Origin: Nannocystis bainbridge | GTDB taxonomy: Bacteria > Myxococcota_A > Polyangia > Nannocystales > Nannocystaceae | Assembly (NCBI RefSeq): GCF_028368995.1 | Contig: NZ_JAQNDL010000002.1 | Location: 1,920,001-1,984,000 of the forward strand | Length of the DNA: 64,000 bases | Direction of reading: 5' to 3' | Shown here: piece after piece, positions 41,050 through 52,991 of the stretch | Layout of the letters: every line of letters starts with the position of its first letter | How positions within the stretch are numbered: position 1 is the first letter of the stretch | Position numbers and translations under genes: made by a program | Notes under the pieces: generated by a model | What the model was told of the DNA's origin: nothing | Seen by the model: only the letters and a program-made list of their open reading frames with translations | Database searches by the model: none

Positions 41050-41850
41050 GTGCCGCACCTCCACGCCGACCGCGCCGTCACCTTCTACCGCCACGCCGGC
41101 AGCGGCCCTGCGCTGCTCCTCTTGCACGCCGGCGCCAGCAGCGGCGTCCAGTGGGAGCGGGTCCTCGCCGCCCTCGCGCCGCGCTGGGAGGTCGTCGCCC
41201 CCGACCTCTACGGCCACGGCCACACACCTTGCCCCGAGGACATGTCCCCCGGGACCTTGCTCGAGCGCCAGGTCGCCGTCCTGCTCGCCTTGCTCGACAC
41301 CCTCGGCGGTCCCGCCCGCGCCGTCGGCCACTCCTACGGCGCCGTCCTGGCCCTGAGCCTGGCCGCGGCTGCGCCCGCGCGCGTGCGTGACCTCGTGCTC
41401 GTCGAGCCGGTCGCGTTCGGCCTGCTGCCTGACGACGACCCCGCGCTCGCGCCCGTGCACGCGGTCGAGGCCGCGTGCCGCGAGCGCGTCCTCGCCGGCG
41501 ACCCGGCCGGCGCCACCCGCCATTTCCTCGATTTCTGGAGCGACCCCGAGCTGTGGGACTTCCTGCCCGACGCCGACCGCCAGGCCATCGTCGCCGGCGC
41601 CCGCGAGCGCCACTTCATCGGCGGCCCGGCAGTGTTCGGCGCCCCCTTCGCCGCCGCCGACCTCGCGCGGATCTCGTGCCCGATCCGCCTCGTCACCGGC
41701 GACGACGGGCCCGAGGCCCCGCGCGCCGTCGCCGGGCGGCTCGCCACCCTCCTCCCGCAGGCCGAGCCGATCACCGTCGCCGGCGCCGGCCACATGCTGC
41801 CGCTCACGCACCACCGCGCGTTCCTCCGCCTGGTCGAGTCGATGCCCTGA
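41050..41850 (+). CDS. Alpha/beta fold hydrolase
   Basis: LLLHAG, PDLYGHG, nucleophile elbow GHSYG, GAGHM. Confidence 0.92.
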   Translation: MPHLHADRAVTFYRHAGSGPALLLLHAGASSGVQWERVLAALAPRWEVVAPDLYGHGHTPCPEDMSPGTLLERQVAVLLALLDTLGGPARAVGHSYGAVLALSLAAAAPARVRDLVLVEPVAFGLLPDDDPALAPVHAVEAACRERVLAGDPAGATRHFLDFWSDPELWDFLPDADRQAIVAGARERHFIGGPAVFGAPFAAADLARISCPIRLVTGDDGPEAPRAVAGRLATLLPQAEPITVAGAGHMLPLTHHRAFLRLVESMP

Positions 41851-41923
41851 CGTCTCCGCCTGTGGGTCGAGCGGTCGCCGACGCCGACCCGACGCTGCCG
41901 CTCACGCACCACGGCGCGTTCCT
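41796..41923 (+). repeat. 30-bp direct repeat of the hydrolase 3' end
   Basis: GCTGCCGCTCACGCACCAC(C/G)GCGCGTTCCT at 41796-41825 and 41894-41923, one mismatch. Confidence 0.8.
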
Positions 41924-42076
41924 TCGAGCTCCGCGCGCGCTCGTTCCGGACATCGCCGTCGCGCTCCCGTCGCGCGCCTGCGCGCCGGCAATCCACGCAC
42001 ACCCCTTCGCCTCACTCGCGGGCCTCCACCGGCCTCGACAGCCGCGGTTACCATGCCGGGCTTCGGAGGGTTTGAC

Positions 42077-43594
42077 ATGAATTTCGCTACCTCGCGGCCG
42101 CCCATCGCGGCCGCGTTCCTCGTGCTCGCGGCTTGCGGTGACGACGGCCGCGCCACCGCCACCGACGTCACGACCGCCAACGCGACCGCGACCACCACCA
42201 TGACCACCGGCGCCACCCCGACCAGCACGGGCGAGCCCGACACCGGCACCGACAGCGCGAGCGACACCGCCGCGCCGACCGGCACCACCACCGTCGATCC
42301 CCCCACGAGCACCACCGGCACTACCGAGCCGGCGCAGACCACCAGCACCACCGCGGCCGGCTGCGGCGCCTGCGCTCAGCCCAACCAGCTGTGCGTCGAC
42401 GACGTGTGCGTGACCTCGTGCCAGGGCCAGGGACCGGACGCCTGTCCCGAAGGCCAGGTGTGCGACATCATCAGCGGCGAGTGCCACGCAGAGAGCGACC
42501 CGTGCACCCTCGCCGGCCTCGAGACCACCTGCGCCGACCTGTCCTGTGGGCCAGGTAGCACCTGCGACGGCGTCGGCGCCTGCGTCCCGGTGGCCCCCTG
42601 CGCCGACGTCGCCTGCACCGACGACGGCCACTGCTGGGGCACCCTGTGCGGCTGCGAGCGCGTGGTCGAGTGTCAGGAGCCGACCGCCGAGCAGCTCAAC
42701 GGCCCGTTCTCGACCGAGATCGGCGGCATCGACTTCGCCGACGACTGCAACGCCTGGATGGTCACCCTGCGCAGCGGCCCCGACTACGTGCGCCGCCTCA
42801 AGCCCGACGGCGAGCTGACCCAATGGACAGGTGTGGCCAACCTCAACATGGGCGAGGTCAAGGTGCTGCGCCGCCTCACCGTCCCGCAGCTGACCCACGT
42901 GCCGCCGCTGGCCGCCGGTCCCAACCGCCCGACCCCGGTCGAGGGCCTCGGCGAGGTCGCCATCACCTACACCTGCTGCGCCCAGTGCGGCTGTCAGGCC
43001 GACCCGCCGCAGGGCGTGGCCCGGCTCGACGAGGCCAACATGAACTCGCCGCTGCCGATCGTCATCGTCGCCCAGGTGACCCAGGGCGACGGCCCGTTCG
43101 GCAGCACCGCCGCCGACGCCGGCCCGCACGGCCTCGCGTGGGGCGAGGACCGCGTGCTCTACGTCGGCAACAGCACGATGAACGGCGAGTACAACGACGC
43201 CGACCTCGACGCCGCCACCCAGGACGTGGTGTTCACGTTCGACGCCCGCGTCACCGCCAGCGCCCCCGTCAGCCCGGTCCACCTGCTGGTCGCCCTCGAC
43301 GGCGGCACCGTCTACCGCTTCAACGCCCAGACCAAGCAGGCCGAGTTCGTCGTCGACCTGATGGCCGACGTCACCAGCCTCGCCCACGACGCCTTCACCG
43401 GCCACGTCTACGCCGGCCTCGGCGACCTCGAGGTGGTCCGGATCGCCCCGTTCACCGGTGAAGTCGAGCCGTTCCAGACCATGCCCGGCGTCGGCCGCGT
43501 CGCGGTCAGCCCGAGCGGCAAGCTGTGGTACACGCCGGTGAAGTCCCTCGCCGACCTGCCGCTGCAATCGTGGGACCTGCCGATGGCGTTCTGA
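42077..43594 (+). CDS. Lipoprotein with Cys-rich repeats and probable beta-propeller
   Basis: GGAGGG RBS, LAAC lipobox, Thr linker, Cys repeats, then GIDF/GPHGLAW/RVAVSPSGKLW blades. Confidence 0.8.
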   Translation: MNFATSRPPIAAAFLVLAACGDDGRATATDVTTANATATTTMTTGATPTSTGEPDTGTDSASDTAAPTGTTTVDPPTSTTGTTEPAQTTSTTAAGCGACAQPNQLCVDDVCVTSCQGQGPDACPEGQVCDIISGECHAESDPCTLAGLETTCADLSCGPGSTCDGVGACVPVAPCADVACTDDGHCWGTLCGCERVVECQEPTAEQLNGPFSTEIGGIDFADDCNAWMVTLRSGPDYVRRLKPDGELTQWTGVANLNMGEVKVLRRLTVPQLTHVPPLAAGPNRPTPVEGLGEVAITYTCCAQCGCQADPPQGVARLDEANMNSPLPIVIVAQVTQGDGPFGSTAADAGPHGLAWGEDRVLYVGNSTMNGEYNDADLDAATQDVVFTFDARVTASAPVSPVHLLVALDGGTVYRFNAQTKQAEFVVDLMADVTSLAHDAFTGHVYAGLGDLEVVRIAPFTGEVEPFQTMPGVGRVAVSPSGKLWYTPVKSLADLPLQSWDLPMAF

Positions 43595-43669
43595 GGCCCC
43601 GGCGATGCCGCGCGCGTCCGCGATCTGCCGCTCGCTCGCCGATCGGCGCGAGGCCGCCGAGGTGCGCCG

Positions 43670-46729
<3,060 letters not shown>

Positions 46730-46823
46730 CTGTTGGATCGCCGTGGGATGGCAGCGCCGCGGCGCCGACTATCCTGCCTCGACTCGACGCATCCGCGCTC
46801 GAGCTCACGAAAGCAGGTAGAGG

Positions 46824-47036
46824 ATGTCCAAGAAGTTGATCGATCTGCAAAGCGAAGGGGCCGACGTGCCCTTCTTCGCCCATCTCCTCAGCAGCCAGGC
46901 CGACCCGGCCACGCCCGCGGCCGGCGGCGGCGGCGGCACCAAGCCGGCGCCCACCTATCATTGCCTCGACTCCGAATGCACCAAGAAGTATCCGAGCGAC
47001 GGTGACGAGCCGACCAGCACGCTCTGGGACAAGTGA
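46824..47036 (+). CDS. Microviridin-type graspetide precursor peptide
   Basis: Leader motif PFFAHLL (cf. PFFARFL) and core TKKYPSDGDE (cf. TxKYPSD); directly upstream of two ATP-grasp genes. Confidence 0.92.
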   Translation: MSKKLIDLQSEGADVPFFAHLLSSQADPATPAAGGGGGTKPAPTYHCLDSECTKKYPSDGDEPTSTLWDK

Positions 47037-47065
47037 TCGCCGACCCGCGGACGGCCAGGTGAAGC

Positions 47066-48043
47066 ATGAAGGGCGAGCGTTGCGTGCTGTTACTGTCACA
47101 CAGCGCCGAACCGCTGTGCACCGACGCCGTCGCGGGTGCCCTCGCGCGCCGCGGCGCGCGGGCCGTGCGGCTCGACACCGATGATTTCCCGGCCGCGCTG
47201 GCGCTGCGCGGCGAGCTCGGGTTCCCCGGCGCGCGCGGGCTCGTGCTCGACGATCGGCCGCTCGTCGCCGACTCGGTGTGGCTGTGGCGGGTCTGGCCGG
47301 CCCGGCTCGATCCGCGCCTGCCCGCCGAACACCACGAGGCCGCCCAGCGCGAGAGCTTCGCCGCCCTGCGCGGCCTGCTGGACCTCTTGCCCGGCGTCCC
47401 CTGGATCGATGCGCTCGACGCCGGTCGCGCGGCCGACGACAAGGCCCGCCAACTCCGCCTCGCCTGCGACCTCGGCCTCACGATCCCTCCGACTCTGATC
47501 ACCGCCGAACCCGCGGCCGTGCGCGAGTTCTTCGCCGCGCACGCCGGCCAGGTCGTCGCCAAGCTGCAGACGCCGCTGCGCCAGACGATGCGCGGCGGCG
47601 GCCTGCCGACCCGCCTGCTGCGGCGCGACGACCTCGAGGCGCTCGCCGGCCTCCGTCACTGTCCGATGATCTTCCAACGATATGTCCCGAAGGCCATGGA
47701 GCTGCGGATCGCCTGGGTCGACGGCCGGGCCCTCTGCGGCGCGCTCGACGGCGCCCGCTGCGGCGTCGACTGGCGCTACGAGTGCAGCGCGGACTGGCAG
47801 TCCCACGCCTTGCCCGAGCCGGTCCACCTGCGCCTGGCCGCGCTCATGGCCCGGCTCGGCCTGCGCCAGGGGGCCATCGACATGATCGTCACCCCGGCCG
47901 GCGACTACGTGTTCCTCGAGGTCAACCCCACCGGCGAATGGATGATGCTGGAGAAAGAGCTCGGCCTGCCGATCAGCGAGGCGCTGGCCCAGGCTCTGCT
48001 CCGGCTGGCGAATGATTCACAGCGAGAGGCATGCAAGCCATGA
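47066..48043 (+). CDS. mvdC: ATP-grasp peptide maturase, MvdC/MdnB-like (macrolactam-forming)
   Basis: VLLLSHS, RLDTDDFP, SVWLWRVW, CPMIFQ...ELR, FLEVNPTGEWMMLE..L.LPIS. Confidence 0.88.
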   Translation: MKGERCVLLLSHSAEPLCTDAVAGALARRGARAVRLDTDDFPAALALRGELGFPGARGLVLDDRPLVADSVWLWRVWPARLDPRLPAEHHEAAQRESFAALRGLLDLLPGVPWIDALDAGRAADDKARQLRLACDLGLTIPPTLITAEPAAVREFFAAHAGQVVAKLQTPLRQTMRGGGLPTRLLRRDDLEALAGLRHCPMIFQRYVPKAMELRIAWVDGRALCGALDGARCGVDWRYECSADWQSHALPEPVHLRLAALMARLGLRQGAIDMIVTPAGDYVFLEVNPTGEWMMLEKELGLPISEALAQALLRLANDSQREACKP

Positions 48044-49044
48044 AGGTCGTGATGATCACGTTCTCCGGCGATCAGACCGGCAAGCTCGACGAATTGCGGC
48101 AGCACCTCGAGGCGCGCGGCGCCGAGGTCCTGCGCTTCGACACCGACCGCTTCCCCTGCGAGGCCCAGGCGTGGTTCCGCCAGGACGGCGAGCGCGAGGA
48201 GCTCCGCCTGCGCTGCGACGGCCAGGAGGTTCGGCTCGAGCCCGGCGACGCGATCTGGTACCGGCGCGCGCGCTGGGCCGAGAAGCTGCCGCCGTCGCTG
48301 TCGCGCCCGCTCCGCCACGGCTGCGTGCTCGAGTCCGAAGCGCTGCTGCGCGGCATGCTGGCCGCCGCGCCCTGCTTCGTCATGGACCCGCCCGACCGCG
48401 TGCGCGAGCGCGGCCACAAGCCCGCCCAGCAGCGGCTGGCCCGCGAGCTCGGCCTCGCTACCCCGCGCACCTTGATGACCAACGACCCGGCCGAGGCGCG
48501 CGAGTTCATCACCTCCTGCCCGCACGGCGCGATCGCCAAGATGCTGTCCGCCTTCGCCGTGCACGACCTCGACGGCGACGAGCAGGTCGTCTTCACCACC
48601 GCCCTGCGCGACGACCACCTCGCCCGGCTCGACGACCTGCGCCTGGCGCCGATGGTGTTTCAGGAGCAGGTCCGCAAGCGGCTCGAGCTGCGCATCACCG
48701 TGGTCGGCAGCCGCATGTTCGCCGCCGCCGTCGACTCGCAGCGGGTCGCCGGCGCCGAGGTCGACTGGCGCGAGCGCGGCGTCACCCTGCTGCCGTCGTG
48801 GCTCCCGTACGAGCTCCCGCCCGCGGTCGAGCGGGCGCTGGAGCGCTACATGGAGCGCATCGGCATGCAGTACAGCGCGATCGACATGCTCGTCGATCCC
48901 GCCGGGCGCCACGTATTCCTCGAGGCCAACCCCGCGGGCGAGTGCTTCTGGCTCGAGTACTATCCGCCGCACTTCCCGCTGACCGCGACGATCGCCGACG
49001 TGCTCGTCGGCGCCCCCGGAGCGCGGCGGACGACCCGTTCGTGA
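48040..49044 (+). CDS. mvdD: ATP-grasp peptide maturase, MvdD/MdnC-like (macrolactone-forming)
   Basis: ATGA overlap at 48040; ITFS, RFDTDRFP, WYRR, KMLSAFAV, VVFTT, FWLEYYPPHFP. Confidence 0.9.
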   Translation: MKVVMITFSGDQTGKLDELRQHLEARGAEVLRFDTDRFPCEAQAWFRQDGEREELRLRCDGQEVRLEPGDAIWYRRARWAEKLPPSLSRPLRHGCVLESEALLRGMLAAAPCFVMDPPDRVRERGHKPAQQRLARELGLATPRTLMTNDPAEAREFITSCPHGAIAKMLSAFAVHDLDGDEQVVFTTALRDDHLARLDDLRLAPMVFQEQVRKRLELRITVVGSRMFAAAVDSQRVAGAEVDWRERGVTLLPSWLPYELPPAVERALERYMERIGMQYSAIDMLVDPAGRHVFLEANPAGECFWLEYYPPHFPLTATIADVLVGAPGARRTTRS

Positions 49045-49051
49045 CGCCGCG

Positions 49052-50860
49052 ATGACGACCGCGGGCGAACCCTCGACCGACGGCCTGCGGGTCCGCCTCG
49101 CCCGCGGCGCCCGGGCCGTGCGGATGGCCTGGCGCAGCGCCCCGACGATCGCCGCGCTGTGGATCGCCGCGCTCACGATCGCCGCGCTCGTGCCGATCGC
49201 CGTCGCCTGGATCGGCAAGGCCCTCGTCGACGCGATCGTCGCCGGCGCGACCGACCGGGCCCTCGCGTGGCTGGTCGGCGAGATGCTGCTGATCGTCGGC
49301 CTCGGCCTGGTCCAGCGGGCCGCCGGCACCTTGCGCGGCCTCCTCGGCGCCCGCCTCGGGCTCGCGGTCAACCTCGAGATCCTTCACAAGACCCAGCACC
49401 TCGAGCTGCGCCACTTCCAGGACCCCGACTTCTACGATCAGCTCACGCGGGCCCGCCGCGAGGCCAGCCACCGGCCCCTCGCCGTCGCCGCCGAGCTGCT
49501 CGGCCTGGCCGGCGCGCTCGTCACCTTGCTGGGCTTCGTCGCCCTCCTCCTCAGCTACAGCGTCATCGCCGTCGGCATGCTGCTCGTCGCCGCGGTCCCG
49601 GCCGCCCTCGCCGAGCTGCGGTTCTCTCGCGCGACCTTCGAGCTGCGCAACCGGCGGGCCAGCGACGCGCGCATGCTCGGCTACCTCGAGCACGTGCTCG
49701 CCAGCGACGAGCACGCCAAGGAGGTGATGACCCTCGACCTCGGCCCGCTGCTGCTCGAGCGCTGGCGCCGGCTCGGCGAGGGGCTGTGGCACGAAGAGCG
49801 CGGCCTCGCCATCGCCCGCCTGCGCTCGGTCGCCCTGCTGTCGCAGCTCGGCACCCTCTCGTTCTACGGCTGCTACGGCGCCGTCGTCGTCCAGGCCGCC
49901 CGCGGCCAGCTCGGCCTCGGCGAGCTGACGATGTACGCCTTCGTCTTTCGCCAGGGTCAGGCCGCGTTTCAGACCATCCTGCTCGGGCTCGGCGCCCTCT
50001 ACGAGCACGACCTCTACATGTCGAACCTGCTGCGCTTCCTCGCCATCCCCGTGGCGCCGACGCAGCCTCCGCGGCTCCCCGCCGCGCCCGCGCGAGGCGA
50101 GCGCGGGATCCGCTTCGAGGGCGTCGGCTTCCGTTACCCCGATCAAGACGGCTTCGCGCTGCGCAACATCGACCTGTCCATCGGGCCAGGCGAGACCGTC
50201 GCCCTCGTCGGCCCCAACGGCGCCGGCAAGTCGACGTTCATCAAGCTGCTCGCGGGCCTCTACGAGCCGACCGAGGGCCGGATCCTGCTCGACGGCCGCG
50301 ACCTCCGCGACATCCCGCGCCCCGAGCTGCGCCGCCGGCTCGCCGTCGTCTTCCAGGACTACAATCAATACCAATTGTCCGCGCGCGAGAACGTCGGCTT
50401 CGGCGACCCCGCCCACGTCGGCGACGACGCGCGGATCACCGCCGCGCTCGCGGCCGGCGGCGCCGCCGACGTCGTCGCCGCCCTGCCGGTCGGCCTCGAC
50501 GCCCAGCTCGGCCGCTGGTTCGCCGGCGGCGTCGAGCTCTCGGGCGGACAGTGGCAGCGCATCGCCCTCGCCCGGGCCTTCATGCGGCGTGACGCCGACG
50601 TCATGATCCTCGACGAGCCGACCGCCGCCCTCGACGTCGACGCCGAAGCCGAGGTCTTCACGCGCGTCCGCGAGCTCGCCGCCGGCCGCATCGTCTGCCT
50701 GATCTCGCACCGCTTCGCCAACGTGCGCGTGGCCGACCGGATCGTCGTGCTGGCCGCCAGCGGCGTCGTCGAGCAGGGCGACCACAGCCGGCTGCTCGCC
50801 GCTGACGGCGTCTACGCGGCCATGTTCCGCAAGCAGGCCCGCGGCTACGCGTGCGACTGA
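49052..50860 (+). CDS. ABC transporter, fused TMD + ATPase (MdnE-like)
   Basis: TM domain, GPNGAGKST, LSGGQWQRIALARAF, ILDEPT, ISHR. Confidence 0.92.
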   Translation: MTTAGEPSTDGLRVRLARGARAVRMAWRSAPTIAALWIAALTIAALVPIAVAWIGKALVDAIVAGATDRALAWLVGEMLLIVGLGLVQRAAGTLRGLLGARLGLAVNLEILHKTQHLELRHFQDPDFYDQLTRARREASHRPLAVAAELLGLAGALVTLLGFVALLLSYSVIAVGMLLVAAVPAALAELRFSRATFELRNRRASDARMLGYLEHVLASDEHAKEVMTLDLGPLLLERWRRLGEGLWHEERGLAIARLRSVALLSQLGTLSFYGCYGAVVVQAARGQLGLGELTMYAFVFRQGQAAFQTILLGLGALYEHDLYMSNLLRFLAIPVAPTQPPRLPAAPARGERGIRFEGVGFRYPDQDGFALRNIDLSIGPGETVALVGPNGAGKSTFIKLLAGLYEPTEGRILLDGRDLRDIPRPELRRRLAVVFQDYNQYQLSARENVGFGDPAHVGDDARITAALAAGGAADVVAALPVGLDAQLGRWFAGGVELSGGQWQRIALARAFMRRDADVMILDEPTAALDVDAEAEVFTRVRELAAGRIVCLISHRFANVRVADRIVVLAASGVVEQGDHSRLLAADGVYAAMFRKQARGYACD

Positions 50861-50934
50861 ACTGCCCGCCGCGCGCGCCTGCAAGCGCCCGCATCGGCGA
50901 CCTCCGCGGGCGCGTCGATGTTATGCCTCGAGCC

Positions 50935-51834
50935 ATGTACCGCGCCCTCGCGACCTTCCGCCTGCCTGACGGCACGGCGCGCTCGCTCGGCCCCGGCGAC
51001 ATCATCGGCCGGCTGTGGAGCGCCGCCCTGCAGCTCGACGATCCGCGGATCTCCGAGGGCCACGCGATGCTCAGCCTGCGCAGCGGCGACCTGTGGCTGC
51101 TCGCCCTGCGCCGCCGGCTCGGCGTCGAGGGTCGCAGCGTCGGCGAAGTGCGGCTCGTGCCCGGACTCCGGATCGCGCTGGCGCACGGCCTCGAGGTCGG
51201 GGTCGAGCGCGTCGACCTGCCCGCCAGCGCTCTGGCGATCGAAGCGCCCGGGCTCCCGACCACCGTGCTGCCCGGCCTGTGCTCGTTGCGCGCCCGCCCG
51301 CAGATCGAGCTGTCGTCCCGCCATCAGCCCGACGCGCCGTGCATCCTGTGGGACACCTGCGACGGCTGGCGGCGCTCGCAGGGCGGCCTGACCGTCCCGC
51401 TGGAGGTCGGCGACGCCTGGGACGTCGACGGCGTCCCGTTCCGCGCGGTGGCGATGCCGGTCGGCGCCGCCGGCCTGTCGCCCACGCGCGTGACCGGCGG
51501 CATCGATCCGCCGCTGCGCATCGTGACGGCGTGGGAGACCGCGCAAGTCCAGGCCGGCGACGCGCCGCCCGTGGTCTTCTCCGGCGTGCACGCGCGGATC
51601 CTGTCCGAGCTCGCCGCGCTCCGCGGACCCGCGTCCTGGGAGGTCGTCGCGCGCGAGGTGTGGCCCGACGAAGACGACGCATGGGTCCTGCGCAAGCGCT
51701 GGGACGTGAACCTCGGCCGCCTGCGCGCTCGCCTGCGCGAGGGCGGCGTGCGTACCGATCTGGTGCGAGCCGCCGGCACCGGCCAGGTCGAGCTCGTGCT
51801 GCGCCGACACGACGAGCTCGACGATCGCGGCTGA
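50935..51834 (+). CDS. FHA-domain protein with C-terminal winged-helix-like region
   Basis: IIGR...DDPRISEGHA (FHA); C-terminal ILSELA...VAREVWP...VNLGRLRARL. Confidence 0.7.
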   Translation: MYRALATFRLPDGTARSLGPGDIIGRLWSAALQLDDPRISEGHAMLSLRSGDLWLLALRRRLGVEGRSVGEVRLVPGLRIALAHGLEVGVERVDLPASALAIEAPGLPTTVLPGLCSLRARPQIELSSRHQPDAPCILWDTCDGWRRSQGGLTVPLEVGDAWDVDGVPFRAVAMPVGAAGLSPTRVTGGIDPPLRIVTAWETAQVQAGDAPPVVFSGVHARILSELAALRGPASWEVVAREVWPDEDDAWVLRKRWDVNLGRLRARLREGGVRTDLVRAAGTGQVELVLRRHDELDDRG

Positions 51835-51924
51835 ATCATCACAGTCGCGACGATGCCCCGCGCAGGTCCGCGCTGTTGGATCGGCGTGGGTTTGCAGCGA
51901 CCGCCGCGCCGCTATCCTGGCGGC

Positions 51925-52620
51925 ATGTCCATCACGAATCGCGTACTCACGACCGTAATCACCGTAGTCGCCGGCGCCGCCACGCTCACGCCTGCGTCCG
52001 CCGCCGCGAACCCCTGCCAATCCGAATGGGTCAAGTTCAAGAATTTCTTCGACCAGAACGGCGCCAAGATCGCCCGCGGGATCTGCCAGCTCGTCAACAA
52101 GAGCGACGCCGTCGCCGCCAAGAAGTGCGTCGACGACTTCGACGCCGCCAAGCAGAAGATCGACGCCAAGCTGGCCGAGTACAACGCCAAGGCCGACGAT
52201 TCGCAGTGGAAGATCGGCCCGCGCGGCCTCGGTGAGGCCACCTGGGCCACCGGCACCTTGCTCGGCGAGCGCACCTTCGCCGGCGCGCCGGTCCTTTCCG
52301 ACAACTGGCGCCTCGAGCTGCAGCGCACCGGCGGCAAGGCCACCAAGCCGATGCGCGGCACCGTCTGCTTCCTCGACGCCGACGGCAACCTGGCCCTCCC
52401 GGCCGCCACCTTCGCCATCGACGCCGGCCGCCCGAACTACGACAACACCTTCACCGGCGTCGCCGGCCTCAGCCCCGTGATCCTGCTCGAGAAGCCGCTC
52501 GGCCTCAACGGCCACCAGTACCAGATCCGCGGCACCCGGGGCGTCGAGCCGACGGTCGTCCGCGAGGCCCGCCAGGTCGACACGACGGCCGCCAAGGCCG
52601 CCAAGATGCGCGGTCAGTGA
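51925..52620 (+). CDS. Secreted hypothetical protein
   Basis: Signal peptide ending ASAAA; Lys-rich helical N-terminus with three Cys; GC3-rich frame. Confidence 0.75.
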   Translation: MSITNRVLTTVITVVAGAATLTPASAAANPCQSEWVKFKNFFDQNGAKIARGICQLVNKSDAVAAKKCVDDFDAAKQKIDAKLAEYNAKADDSQWKIGPRGLGEATWATGTLLGERTFAGAPVLSDNWRLELQRTGGKATKPMRGTVCFLDADGNLALPAATFAIDAGRPNYDNTFTGVAGLSPVILLEKPLGLNGHQYQIRGTRGVEPTVVREARQVDTTAAKAAKMRGQ

Positions 52621-52655
52621 ACCCGCGCGCGACCTCAATTCGCGCCCGCGCCTCA

Positions 52656-52758
52656 CATGTCCGGAGAGACATATCATCACAGTACGCCGCCTCGTCCGCC
52701 CCCGGGCGAGCGCGGCCTGTCCTCGGCCGTGCCGCGCCGACCTGTCCCCGAGGACATG
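52656..52758. repeat. Two 14-bp-spaced motif pairs
   Basis: CATG 52656/CATA 52670 and CCTG 52741/CATG 52755. Confidence 0.7.
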
Positions 52759-52991
52759 CCCATGCCCCGCGGCCGGTCGCGCTCCCTCGCGCGGATCGTC
52801 GCGCCCCGGTCCTCCGCACCGGAAGGCCGCGGCCAGGGCTCATCCCGCGGAAGTGTCCGTACGCCCCCGATCCGGGCCCGCCCCGACCCATATCACCCGA
52901 CCAGCGGAGGCCGGCATGTCCGCCCCGGCCCCCAACATCCCACGCATGGTTCCACGCTTTCGCCGGAGCGCGCCGCGGGTACACTCGGCCG

